Shown one piece after another: positions 1 to 8,511 of a DNA stretch of 32,000 bases. A program made the position numbers and the translations under genes. Source of the stretch: Ktedonobacterales bacterium (GTDB lineage Bacteria; Chloroflexota; Ktedonobacteria; Ktedonobacterales; JADMIN01); assembly GCA_030167145.1 (NCBI GenBank), contig CP126532.1, positions 240,001-272,000 of the forward strand. The letters run 5' to 3'. Within the stretch, counting starts at the first letter, position 1. Each line of letters opens with the position of its first letter. The notes below the pieces were generated by a model that saw only the letters and a program-made list of their open reading frames with translations, was not told the DNA's origin and ran no database searches.

Positions 1-1
1 G

Positions 2-145
2 GTGATTATCAACGCCGTGCGCGGCCTCACCCTCGGCCAGAACGTCGCCTCGGATGTCTGGCAGGCCATCGTCTGGTGCCTCGCGATCCTGGCCGTCTTC
101 GTGCCACTCGCCGTCTGGACCTACATCCGCCGCACTGCCCGCTAG
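2..145 (+). CDS. 3' fragment of a gene entering from upstream; C-terminal transmembrane helix, ABC-2-type permease-like
   Basis: Frame open from the window edge and ending at TAG 143-145. Translation is VIINAVRGLTLGQNVASDVWQAIVWCLAILAVFVPLAVWTYIRRTAR, a hydrophobic helix plus basic tail with GC-rich third positions. The likeness to DrrB/ABC-2 permease C-termini is from memory only. Confidence 0.35.
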   Translation: MIINAVRGLTLGQNVASDVWQAIVWCLAILAVFVPLAVWTYIRRTAR

Positions 146-146
146 T

Positions 147-1001
147 CTACTCCCCGGCCCGTCGCAGATTCATCTGTGGCGGACCATCGCATTTCAGAGG
201 GCATGGCGATCCGGTAGCGGTCTGAGTATACTCTGAAGCAAAGCCGCAGAGAAACTCGCCCCAAAATGGGATTTCGGCATAATTGGTAGTGTTCCCAGGC
301 GCCGTCGCGGCACGCTCCTGCATCAGGGCTTCTCTGTCCAGGCCGAGCAAGTCCGCGAACTCAAAGAGCAGGTAGCTCCGCAGATCGGCGCCATACACGA
401 TGATGTCCGATTGCCAGACCGACAAGACAGGATTACCCGCCTGACACGGCTCAGCCAGCAGATAGCGATGGGCAAAGACTGGTATCAAGCGCGGCGCGGC
501 GGCCACAAGTTCACGCACACGGCCTTTCTGCGCGTCAGGCGTCTCTGGCTTGGCTCCCCAACTCGCTGGCCAGCGCGCATCATGTTCCACATCAAATTCT
601 AGCCCCTCCACCAACCACTCGAACTTTGCTCGCAATTCTTCAGTATCGGTCAGCCAGTTGTAGAATGACGGGCATTCCCATGGAACCAGATGCGACTCCT
701 CTCCCCCTTCCACATACTCCGAATATCTCGCACCACGCATAGGGCGGTCAACCGCATGCAAGTGGCGGAGAAACAGCCGGTAATCAGCCGGAAAACGTAG
801 TGCCCACTGACGTTCCACCTGATCTACCTCATCTTCGGAAAGCCCACTCAACCAGCGTGTACCTTGCTGCCAATCCAGGCCACCAACACGGCTAGCCACA
901 AAGTCTTCGAAAGATCGCGGCTGATAGCTCGACCACGCCTCTTCTGTTCGAATCCGAAACCAGTCCAGAAATGCTTCACCAAATCGCTCAGGAATCTTCA
1001 T
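147..1001 (-). CDS. SMI1/KNR4 (SUKH-1 superfamily) protein
   Basis: 284-aa ORF with ATG at 1001. The core 'EVDQVERQWALRFPADYRLFLRHL' matches the SMI1_KNR4 signature (helix + 'LP.dY..fl'). Its stop lies 1 nt from the stop of the convergent upstream gene. Confidence 0.75.
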   Translation of the reverse strand: MKIPERFGEAFLDWFRIRTEEAWSSYQPRSFEDFVASRVGGLDWQQGTRWLSGLSEDEVDQVERQWALRFPADYRLFLRHLHAVDRPMRGARYSEYVEGGEESHLVPWECPSFYNWLTDTEELRAKFEWLVEGLEFDVEHDARWPASWGAKPETPDAQKGRVRELVAAAPRLIPVFAHRYLLAEPCQAGNPVLSVWQSDIIVYGADLRSYLLFEFADLLGLDREALMQERAATAPGNTTNYAEIPFWGEFLCGFASEYTQTATGSPCPLKCDGPPQMNLRRAGE

Positions 1002-1776
1002 GCATGTACTCCCCTACATCTACCCGCCGTACCCGCACATACTCCACACCACCTGCCTGCTCGCGCCGCCCCTCCATCGCAAACGCGAAGCGGTCCACCG
1101 CCAGCACCGCAGGCTCATCCTCCGCCGGGAAATCCGCATCTCCCGCGAAGATACCAAACCGCCCCCGCGCGCGCAGCCTCGTCAATCCGCGTTCCAGCAT
1201 CCCCATTGCATCGGACCGCCCCAGCAGCAGCGCCTCCACGTAGTCCGCGCACACATCGTCCTCGGTTGGCTCATCCGGCCAGCCGGGATCATCTTGCGAA
1301 CAAGTGGGAAACAGCGTGACATTGCCATCCCCCGCCAGCGCCAGCTTCCGCGCATAATCCGCCGTCGCCCGCGCATTCACCAGCGCACACGGCAGCACAT
1401 GCGTCGCATTCGCCGCGCCCACCGCCCCGCGTGTGCCCGCGCCCGTCCGCTGGATCAGCATCCGCCCGCGCACATCCGCCAGAGCCATTTGCGACGGCGA
1501 ATTATTGAAATCGAAGCCAGGAATCAGTCCTCCCCGCATTTCGCCGGCCAGCAGCGCCTCTGGCTCGCGTTCGCGCAGCGCCCGCGCATCCTCCACCTCG
1601 CGCACCAGCCACAACTCTCGCGCACCCTCACCGAACGTATACGCCGCCACGCTGAACGCGCGAATCACATCAATAACCACTACCACACCCCATGCCTCTT
1701 CCGCGCAATGCTGAAATGCCCGCCGAATCTCCACATCCTGCCCCTTTCCTACTCCCACGTATACCCTACGCCCCAT
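988..1776 (-). CDS. ComB-family (2-phosphosulfolactate phosphatase-like) protein, divergent paralogue 1
   Basis: Motifs 'VVVIDVIRAFS' and 'GFDFNNSP' correspond to the ComB family DV(L/I)RA(T/S) and GFD.GNSP signatures. First ATG of the ORF (MGRRVYVG) taken as start; the ORF-track start at 1815 is TTG. The 3' end overlaps the SMI1 start by 14 nt. Confidence 0.7.
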   Translation of the reverse strand: MGRRVYVGVGKGQDVEIRRAFQHCAEEAWGVVVVIDVIRAFSVAAYTFGEGARELWLVREVEDARALREREPEALLAGEMRGGLIPGFDFNNSPSQMALADVRGRMLIQRTGAGTRGAVGAANATHVLPCALVNARATADYARKLALAGDGNVTLFPTCSQDDPGWPDEPTEDDVCADYVEALLLGRSDAMGMLERGLTRLRARGRFGIFAGDADFPAEDEPAVLAVDRFAFAMEGRREQAGGVEYVRVRRVDVGEYMHEDS

Positions 1777-1987
1777 CTTGCCCTGGCATATATTACCGCA
1801 CCATCGCCACAGCAACCGTGGTCATCCACCGGCAACAGCGCGCACTCTGGAACCGTTCACCTTGGATTACCGCCTCGGATCGGCATAAACAGAATAGACC
1901 TGCACGAAATGGACAAGTTGAATGAGAGAACCACTTGGAGGTTGCATGAGCGCAGTTCTTCTACGCCGAACCAATGAGGAAACGACA

Positions 1988-3445
1988 ATGAACTCCCGCG
2001 ACCAGCGACGCTGGCTAGCGCTGATTGTCCTTTGCCTGGGATCCCTGATGATCGTCCTCGACACCACGATTGTCAACGTCGCGCTGCCGTCCATCCAAAA
2101 GGATCTCGGATTCTCCCAGACCACGCTTGCCTGGGTCGTGAATGCCTACCTGCTGACCTTCGGCGGTTTCCTCCTGCTCGGCGGGCGGCTGGGCGACCTC
2201 TTCGGCCACCGGCGACTCTTCCTGATCGGTATCGCGCTCTTTACCCTGGCCTCGCTCTGTTGCGGCCTCTCGCGCTCAGAGCAGTTCCTTATTGGAGCAC
2301 GAGCAGTGCAGGGTCTGGGTGGCGCCGTGGTATCGGCGGTTGGGCTTTCACTGGTCATGAACTTGTTCACTGAGCCAGCAGAGCGGGCAAAGGCTATGGG
2401 CGTCTTTGGCTTCGTCGCAGCAGGGGGCGGAAGCATCGGCGTCCTTCTCGGCGGGGTCTTGACCGGCGCGCTCAATTGGCACTGGATCTTTTTCGTCAAC
2501 CTCCCGCTTGGCATTGTAGTCTGTGCCCTCTCATTGCTGCTGCTGCCAGCTACGCGCGGCTCAATTGGCGCTGGCCACCTCGATGTCGCAGGCGCCGTCA
2601 CCGTGACCCTTTCGCTGATGCTCGCTGTCTACGCGATTGTGAACGGTAATGGTGTGGGCTGGCTGTCCATCCAGACGATTAGCCTGCTTGTTGGCGCGGC
2701 GCTGCTGCTCGCGGTTTTCCTCGCCATCGAGTCCCGTGTCCGCTCACCACTTGTGCCACTTGACCTCTTCCAGTTGCGCAACGTCGCGACCGCCAACGTT
2801 GTTGGTGTCCTCTGGGCCGCTGCCATGTTCGCCTGGTTCTTCATCTCCGCCCTCTACCTGCAACTCGTGCTGGGGTACACTCCGCTCCAGGTCGGCCTAG
2901 CCTTCCTTCCAGCCAACCTCATCATGGGAGCGTTCTCGCTCGGCCTCTCCGCCAAACTCGTCATGCGTTTCGGCATCAAGCGCCCGTTGGCAGTGGGCTT
3001 ATTTCTCGCCGCAATCGGCCTTGTGCTCTTCGCGCGTGCTCCGGTCGGCGGGAACTTCGCCCTCGATGTGCTTCCCAGCATGATCCTGCTCGGATTCGGC
3101 GCGGGCATCGCCTTCAACCCCATGCTGCTTGCCGCCATGAGTGATGTTGCGCCGACCGAATCAGGTATCGCCTCTGGCGTCGTCAACACCGCGTTCATGA
3201 TGGGTGGAGCTTTGGGCCTCGCGATTCTTGCCAGCCTCGCCGCCTCGCGCACCAATAGCCTGCTGGCCTCCGGCGACACCATACGCGCCGCTCTCAATGG
3301 CGGCTATCACGCCGCCTTCATCGTCGGCGCGCTCTTCGCCGCCTCGGCTGCCACGCTCAGCGCCGCCCTCCTTCGTACAACGGGTGCGGTAGCAGGCGAT
3401 GCTGATTCCCCACCCGCCCTCGTGGGAGCCGCCAGCCGCGACTGA
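1988..3445 (+). CDS. MFS transporter, DHA2 (EmrB/QacA-like, 14-TMS) drug:H+ antiporter family
   Basis: Motifs 'LIVLCLGSLMIVLDTTIVNVALPSIQKDLGFS' and 'GGRLGDLFGHRRLFLIG' are typical DHA2 signatures, with many hydrophobic segments. GAGGA RBS lies 8 nt before ATG 1988. Confidence 0.85.
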   Translation: MNSRDQRRWLALIVLCLGSLMIVLDTTIVNVALPSIQKDLGFSQTTLAWVVNAYLLTFGGFLLLGGRLGDLFGHRRLFLIGIALFTLASLCCGLSRSEQFLIGARAVQGLGGAVVSAVGLSLVMNLFTEPAERAKAMGVFGFVAAGGGSIGVLLGGVLTGALNWHWIFFVNLPLGIVVCALSLLLLPATRGSIGAGHLDVAGAVTVTLSLMLAVYAIVNGNGVGWLSIQTISLLVGAALLLAVFLAIESRVRSPLVPLDLFQLRNVATANVVGVLWAAAMFAWFFISALYLQLVLGYTPLQVGLAFLPANLIMGAFSLGLSAKLVMRFGIKRPLAVGLFLAAIGLVLFARAPVGGNFALDVLPSMILLGFGAGIAFNPMLLAAMSDVAPTESGIASGVVNTAFMMGGALGLAILASLAASRTNSLLASGDTIRAALNGGYHAAFIVGALFAASAATLSAALLRTTGAVAGDADSPPALVGAASRD

Positions 3446-3546
3446 GACGTCAGTGCAGAGACCAGAAGTGAGGTCTATCGCGTATACTGGCAATGCGCCA
3501 TCCCTGTCTCCCTGTTCTCCACAGCCAGCAGTAGGAGCCATTGCCG

Positions 3547-4755
3547 ATGATAGACTTCACCATCCCACCAGCCCTCGACGACCTGCGTACCTGCGTCGCC
3601 AATTTCGTTCGCGAGGACATATTGCCCGCTGAAAAGCGCATGCCTGAAGGGCGCCTCGACGAACACGTGCTGGCCACCCTGCGTCAGCGTGCCCGCGACC
3701 TCGCCCTCTGGACACCGCACCTCCCGCCGGAATGGGGCGGCATCGGCGTCGGTCCCCTTGGTATGGCGCTCATCAGCCAGGAACTCGGGGTCAGCGCCAT
3801 CGCGCCGCTTGTGCTCAATTGCTCCGCCCCCGACGAAGGTAACATGCACCTGCTCGAAAAAGCCGCCACCCACGAACAGAAGCAGCGTTACCTGCGTCCG
3901 CTCGCCGCCGCCGAAGTCCGCTCGTGCTTCGCCATGACCGAACAGGCTTCGGGCGCGGACGCCGCCGGACTCAAGACACAGGCCGTGCGCGAAGGCGATG
4001 AGTGGGTGCTCACCGGCGAGAAATGGTTCATCACCGGCGCGAATGGCGCAGCGTTTGCCATCGTCGTCGCCGTCAGCAATCCCAATGTCCCGCCGCAGCA
4101 AGGCATGACGCTGTTCCTCGTAGACGCCGACACCCCCGGTTGGGAGGTCGTGCGCGAGATTCCTGTCATGGGCACGCATGGCCCCGGCGGCCACTGCGAA
4201 GTCCGTCTGAACAGCGTTCGCGTGCCCCACAGCCAGATTCTCGGCCAAGAGGGCCAGGGGTTCGCGCTCGCCCAACTTCGGCTTGGCCCCGCGCGCCTCG
4301 CCCACTGCATGCGATGGATCGGCGTCGCGCAGCGCTCACTCGACATCGCCACCGCCCGCGCCCGCACCCGCGAAACCTTTGGCGCGCCCCTCGCCGAGCG
4401 CCAGGCTGTCCAATGGATGCTCGCCGATTCCGCGATGGATCTCTACGCCTCGCGCCTGATGGTGTTGCATTCCGCCTGGCTTATCGAACACGAAAAACCC
4501 TACCGCCAGGAGGTCGCCATGGCCAAGGTCTACGTCGCCGAAGCCTTGGGTCGCATCGTAGACCGCGCGCTCCAAATCTGCGGCTCGCTTGGCTACTCTG
4601 GCGATCTGCCCATCGAGCGCTTCTATCGCGATGCCCGTGCCGCCCGCATCTACGACGGACCCTCCGAGGTGCATCGCATGGTCATCGCTCGCAATCTCCT
4701 CAAAGCCAGCGCCCTTGAGGGCGACACCAAGAGCGCGTGTGGAGGATTGGCATGA
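3547..4755 (+). CDS. acyl-CoA dehydrogenase family protein, FadE2 / ACAD10-ACAD11-like subfamily
   Basis: Full-length ACAD-like translation. C-terminal 'RFYRDARAARIYDGPSEVHRMVIARNLL' has Asp (4654-4656) where canonical ACADs have the catalytic Glu of 'YEGT'. AGGAG lies 9 nt before ATG 3547; the ORF-track start at 3541 is TTG. Confidence 0.88.
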   Translation: MIDFTIPPALDDLRTCVANFVREDILPAEKRMPEGRLDEHVLATLRQRARDLALWTPHLPPEWGGIGVGPLGMALISQELGVSAIAPLVLNCSAPDEGNMHLLEKAATHEQKQRYLRPLAAAEVRSCFAMTEQASGADAAGLKTQAVREGDEWVLTGEKWFITGANGAAFAIVVAVSNPNVPPQQGMTLFLVDADTPGWEVVREIPVMGTHGPGGHCEVRLNSVRVPHSQILGQEGQGFALAQLRLGPARLAHCMRWIGVAQRSLDIATARARTRETFGAPLAERQAVQWMLADSAMDLYASRLMVLHSAWLIEHEKPYRQEVAMAKVYVAEALGRIVDRALQICGSLGYSGDLPIERFYRDARAARIYDGPSEVHRMVIARNLLKASALEGDTKSACGGLA

Positions 4756-5810
4756 GCGGAACCCACCCCCCTTTGGTAGATCCCGAATCTCTGGGCCGCT
4801 ACCTCGCCGGGCAGCTTCCCGGACCCGATGCCAGCACGCCGCTGACAGTCGAGCGTATTCGTGGCGGCCACTCCAACGAGACCTTCTATATCACCAGCGG
4901 CGCGAACGAGTGGGTGCTGCGCCGCCCGCCACGCGGCCCGTTGCTGCCCACCGCGCACGATGTCGCCCGTGAGTACCGCGTGCTGCAAGGGTTGACGCAG
5001 ACCGCCGTGCCCGTGCCACGCCCACTACTGCTCTGCGAGGACATCAGCGTCATCGGCGCACCCTTCTACCTGATGCAACGCATACACGGCTACGTCATCC
5101 GCACCGAGCTACCTCCAGCTTTCGCGGCGGACGAATCAGCGCGGCACAGTATAGGCATCGAACTTGTTGATCGGCTGGCCGACCTCCACGCCGTAGAGTA
5201 CGCCACCGTCGGCCTGGGCGACCTGGGCAAACCGACAGGCTATCTTGAGCGCCAGTTGCGCCGCTGGACCGGCCAGCTTGACGCCTCACGCAACCGTCCC
5301 CTTCCCGACCTCGATGCCGTTACTACCTGGCTGCACGACAACCTCCCTGAATCAGGCTCCACCACCATCGTCCACGGCGACTACCGCCTCGACAACGCCA
5401 TGTACGCACCAGAGTCGCCCGCGCGCATCGTCGGCATCTTCGATTGGGAGATGGCAACCCTTGGCGATCCACTGGCGGATCTGGGCTACCTACTCTCCTT
5501 CTGGTCCGAGGCCACCGACCCACCCTCACCCCTGCTCGATGCCGCGTGGAGGCTCACCGCGCAGCCCGGCTTTCCCACCCGCGCCGAACTGGTATCGCAC
5601 TACGCCGCCCACACCGGGCGCCAGATGACGCACGTCCCATTCTACGTCGCGCTCGCCATCTGGAAGCTCGCCATACTTCTCGAAGGTAGCTACGCGCGCC
5701 ACCTCGCTGGCGCCACCGACGACCCATTCTTCGCCAGCCTGGGTGAAGGCGTGCCTGCGCTTGCCCGCCGTGCGTTCGCCGTCTGCTCTGGCGAGCTAGC
5801 ATTCACGTAA
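4752..5810 (+). CDS. APH/ChoK-fold phosphotransferase (ACAD-associated kinase)
   Basis: Catalytic loop 'HGDYRLDN' (5373-5396) and 'IFDWEMATLGDPLADL' are the Brenner and DxD-type motifs of aminoglycoside-phosphotransferase-fold kinases. GGAGGA RBS present. ATG 4752 overlaps the ACAD stop (ATGA). Confidence 0.85.
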   Translation: MSGTHPPLVDPESLGRYLAGQLPGPDASTPLTVERIRGGHSNETFYITSGANEWVLRRPPRGPLLPTAHDVAREYRVLQGLTQTAVPVPRPLLLCEDISVIGAPFYLMQRIHGYVIRTELPPAFAADESARHSIGIELVDRLADLHAVEYATVGLGDLGKPTGYLERQLRRWTGQLDASRNRPLPDLDAVTTWLHDNLPESGSTTIVHGDYRLDNAMYAPESPARIVGIFDWEMATLGDPLADLGYLLSFWSEATDPPSPLLDAAWRLTAQPGFPTRAELVSHYAAHTGRQMTHVPFYVALAIWKLAILLEGSYARHLAGATDDPFFASLGEGVPALARRAFAVCSGELAFT

Positions 5811-5826
5811 GAGAGGCCATTTCAGC

Positions 5827-6555
5827 ATGTCATCTGATACCGTTGATACACAATTGCCTACTGATGACCCATTTCTCACCCTGAAGTCTGGCGCGACCGA
5901 AATCTACCTCATCCGCCACGCCAATGCCCTTCCCGAAGCAGAAGAAGTCGTTGGCGGCGACTACGATGCCCAGGCGCTCAGCGAGCTTGGCCGCCGCCAA
6001 TCTCAGGCGCTCGGCGCACGTCTGCGCGATATTCCGCTCGCCGCCGTCTACAGCAGCCCCATCGGACGCGCCCGCCAGACCGCCGAAGCGGTCGCCACTC
6101 TCCACGATTTGGAGGTGCAGATCGAGCCAGACCTACGCGAAGTCGCGCTTGGCGTAATCGGCCCCGCTACGCACGATGGCCTCCCACCGGAAGAAGTCGC
6201 GAAAATGCTGAAAGCTCGCCTGCACGAAATCGCTACCATCGCTGTCACCACTGGCCGCTGGGAGAGCATCCCTGGCTCCGAGCCGTCCGTCTCCCTGCGC
6301 GCGCGCATGCTTGCCGCTGTCCAGCGCCTCGCTATCGCCCATCCCGGCCAGCGCATTGCCGCCGTCAGTCATGCCGGCTCCATTAATGCCTACCTCGCCG
6401 CACTGCTTCGCCTCGACCATGACTATTTCTTCCCCGCTGCCAACACCTCCGTCTCAGTCGTCCGCCTCAAAGGCGCGCGCTCAATGCTCTTCTCCCTTAA
6501 CGACATCGCCCACCTGCGCACACCTGACCTGCTCGGCTTCGACCCCAGCGCATAG
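5827..6555 (+). CDS. histidine phosphatase (phosphoglycerate-mutase-like) superfamily protein
   Basis: N-terminal 'IYLIRHANA' (RH at 5914-5919) and distal 'AVSHAGSI' match the RHG...H catalytic pattern. Starts 16 nt after the kinase stop. Confidence 0.82.
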   Translation: MSSDTVDTQLPTDDPFLTLKSGATEIYLIRHANALPEAEEVVGGDYDAQALSELGRRQSQALGARLRDIPLAAVYSSPIGRARQTAEAVATLHDLEVQIEPDLREVALGVIGPATHDGLPPEEVAKMLKARLHEIATIAVTTGRWESIPGSEPSVSLRARMLAAVQRLAIAHPGQRIAAVSHAGSINAYLAALLRLDHDYFFPAANTSVSVVRLKGARSMLFSLNDIAHLRTPDLLGFDPSA

Positions 6556-6558
6556 AAA

Positions 6559-6588
6559 GATCCCCTTCCCGCGTTGGGAAAGGGGATC
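6559..6588. terminator. GC-rich hairpin (12 bp with a 1-nt bulge, 5-nt loop) just after the phosphatase gene; possible terminator
   Basis: GATCCCCTTCCC-gcgtt-GGGAAAGGGGATC begins 4 nt after the stop. There is no clear U-tract on the + strand and a short TTTCT on the - strand. Confidence 0.4.
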
Positions 6589-6785
6589 AGGCAACGAGTA
6601 AGCCGTATCATACCCGCGTCTGGTGCGCCGTTAGCGTATCCACCTCTCATGCCACGCCAGGATTAACTGCGGCAAAATGGCTATCGCCAATCGCCACCGA
6701 CACCCACTCGCTTCCTAACCCGCGCAGGCTGGTTTTGCGGACGTAGGCCATTCAGGCGCGGTTTCAACCGCCCGCTCTCCTGCCG

Positions 6786-7628
6786 CTAGTTCCGATACCA
6801 GAAGCGATCCCATAGCTCCCAGAACGTATCGCCCCGTGCCTCCACCTTGCGCGGGTTAACGATCTCCACACCCGGCCGCCCTGCAAATGCCAGCGTGTGA
6901 TCTGGTGCCGCCAGTTCCACTGTGAACGTCATCGGCGTGGCGGGACGGTACGGTTCGGGCCAATCGCGCGTGCTCAGCGCCTCGCGCACCTTGCTCTCGA
7001 TCAGCGCACAGGCATCGCCGTGGCTCAGCGACTTCGCCGAATAGCGCCCCAGCCCCACCTTCACTGGCGCTGTCACCACCTTCGGCCCCAGCAAATCCGT
7101 CACCTCTTTGCAGGTCGCCGTATCGCCCGCCGCGAAGACAATGGGCACATTGAATGTGCCGCAGATCGCCGCTTCGATACCGCTCTCGCCGACAAGCTGG
7201 TCATTGATCCAGGCGTTATACCAGGCCTCGCTGCTCACTGTGTGGCACATCACCCCATCTGGTGTCCCCGCCATCGCGTGCGCGCCCACCAGCAGCGCCG
7301 CGTCGCAGCCCTCGCGCAACGGGTCCACATAGCGGCACCAGGCATGGCCAAGCACATAACTTGCCCCTGGCTCCAGTTTCTCAGGTATCAGACTCTTGAA
7401 GCTATAACTGCCGCCCGCGCCGTGACAATCAATTACGATGATGTCATCAGCGCCCGCAGCCTTCGCTCCGCGCACCGCCGCGTTTACCTCGCCCGTCATC
7501 AGGCGGCGACCCTCTTCATACTGCGGTTTGCCACCGTTCACCTGATCCCAGGTCTCGATGCCGGCCATGCCTTCCATATCCACCCAGATGACCACACGCA
7601 CCGTATACTTCTCCCTTGCCGTACTCAT
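6786..7628 (-). CDS. M55 family D-aminopeptidase (DppA-type)
   Basis: 'VVIWVDMEGMAGI', 'IIVIDCHGAGG' and 'GAHAMAGT' match the DppA/M55 peptidase pattern. Full length, about 280 aa. Confidence 0.82.
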   Translation of the reverse strand: MSTAREKYTVRVVIWVDMEGMAGIETWDQVNGGKPQYEEGRRLMTGEVNAAVRGAKAAGADDIIVIDCHGAGGSYSFKSLIPEKLEPGASYVLGHAWCRYVDPLREGCDAALLVGAHAMAGTPDGVMCHTVSSEAWYNAWINDQLVGESGIEAAICGTFNVPIVFAAGDTATCKEVTDLLGPKVVTAPVKVGLGRYSAKSLSHGDACALIESKVREALSTRDWPEPYRPATPMTFTVELAAPDHTLAFAGRPGVEIVNPRKVEARGDTFWELWDRFWYRN

Positions 7629-7706
7629 CGTTTGGACGTTCAGATATGCACAGCATACACCGAGACATCACTCCATGTGGGGCCTAAGCCACATATCCAC
7701 CACAAT

Positions 7707-8183
7707 CTACGCCATGGTCAGCGCGATCACTGCCCAATACAGCGCCGACGCGCCCGCGTCCTCTGCCGCCGCATCAATCGCGACGCGCGCACTCACCAGC
7801 AGATCTTGCTCCGGCTCATCGCGCAGAGTCGCCGGGCGCTCCTCCGAGAACAACTCCTCATCATCCTCATCGTCGTCGGTGATATACCATTCGTTGCGCC
7901 CTTCCACCGACGCCCCCGCCGCCGCGAACGGCTCCAGCAGCGTCGAGGCCGCATCGAGCGCATCCGCGACCCCCAACCGCCCCGACCGGTAACGGAGCGT
8001 GATATCCTCCACACAAATGGCGCGCGGCTCTGGCCGTGCCTTCCGTTGTAGAGCGGGCAGAGTCTGCGCCAGCCACTCTCCATCCGCCACGGTCAGCCGT
8101 GGCAAGAAAATGCTGGTGCGTATCCGGCGCTCATTGGTCGCGCCCCGAAGCCAGGGTGCGCGTCCGTTTCTGCGGTGCGACAT
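7707..8183 (-). CDS. hypothetical protein with an acidic DDDEDDEE tract
   Basis: Strong GC3 bias across the frame. GAAGGTGG lies 4 nt upstream of ATG 8183; a longer GTG-initiated version reaches 8258. No family recognised. Confidence 0.5.
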   Translation of the reverse strand: MSHRRNGRAPWLRGATNERRIRTSIFLPRLTVADGEWLAQTLPALQRKARPEPRAICVEDITLRYRSGRLGVADALDAASTLLEPFAAAGASVEGRNEWYITDDDEDDEELFSEERPATLRDEPEQDLLVSARVAIDAAAEDAGASALYWAVIALTMA

Positions 8184-8511
8184 AGTGCCACCTTCGGCAT
8201 AACGCCGTTCCCGTACCGTGCGCTCCGGCGCTTTCGCGCTCACCATGCGCATATGCACGGGCCTTTGCTAGTTAGCTTGTTGCGCTCCCTCTCAACAGTG
8301 CCAAAAACATCCAGTCTCCGCCAACGCGCTACTGCTGTTCGTCACACAGATATACGTCCAGTTGTACTTCCTGTTGCGTTACCCCGCGCGCCGCTGTACA
8401 AGGCATGCTACCACGTTGAGCAGATTCCCCGCCAATTCGCGCATGTTCCCCCAAAACCGCTATCCTCATCAAGGAAAATACGCTATCATTGCCATCCGGA
8501 GGAATAATCTC

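Noticed and set aside
864-1977. Long + strand ORFs (864..1319, 971..1243, 1000..1977) overlapping the SMI1 and ComB-like genes
   Set aside because: They are antisense to ORFs with clear family motifs. Their translations are Arg/Pro/His-rich low-complexity strings, as expected from the reverse frames of GC-rich genes.
3475-4367. Minus-strand ORFs of 276 and 159 aa inside the ACAD gene. Similar antisense ORFs occur at 8329..8895, 15135..15704, 24410..24964, 28190..29002, 30305..30835 and 31363..31950.
   Set aside because: All lie opposite strongly supported CDSs and show shadow-frame composition. They are treated as GC-rich-genome artefacts.
6897-8051. 384-aa + strand ORF across dppA and the acidic hypothetical gene
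   Set aside because: It is antisense to a well-supported M55 peptidase. Its composition is Arg/His-rich and no motifs are present.
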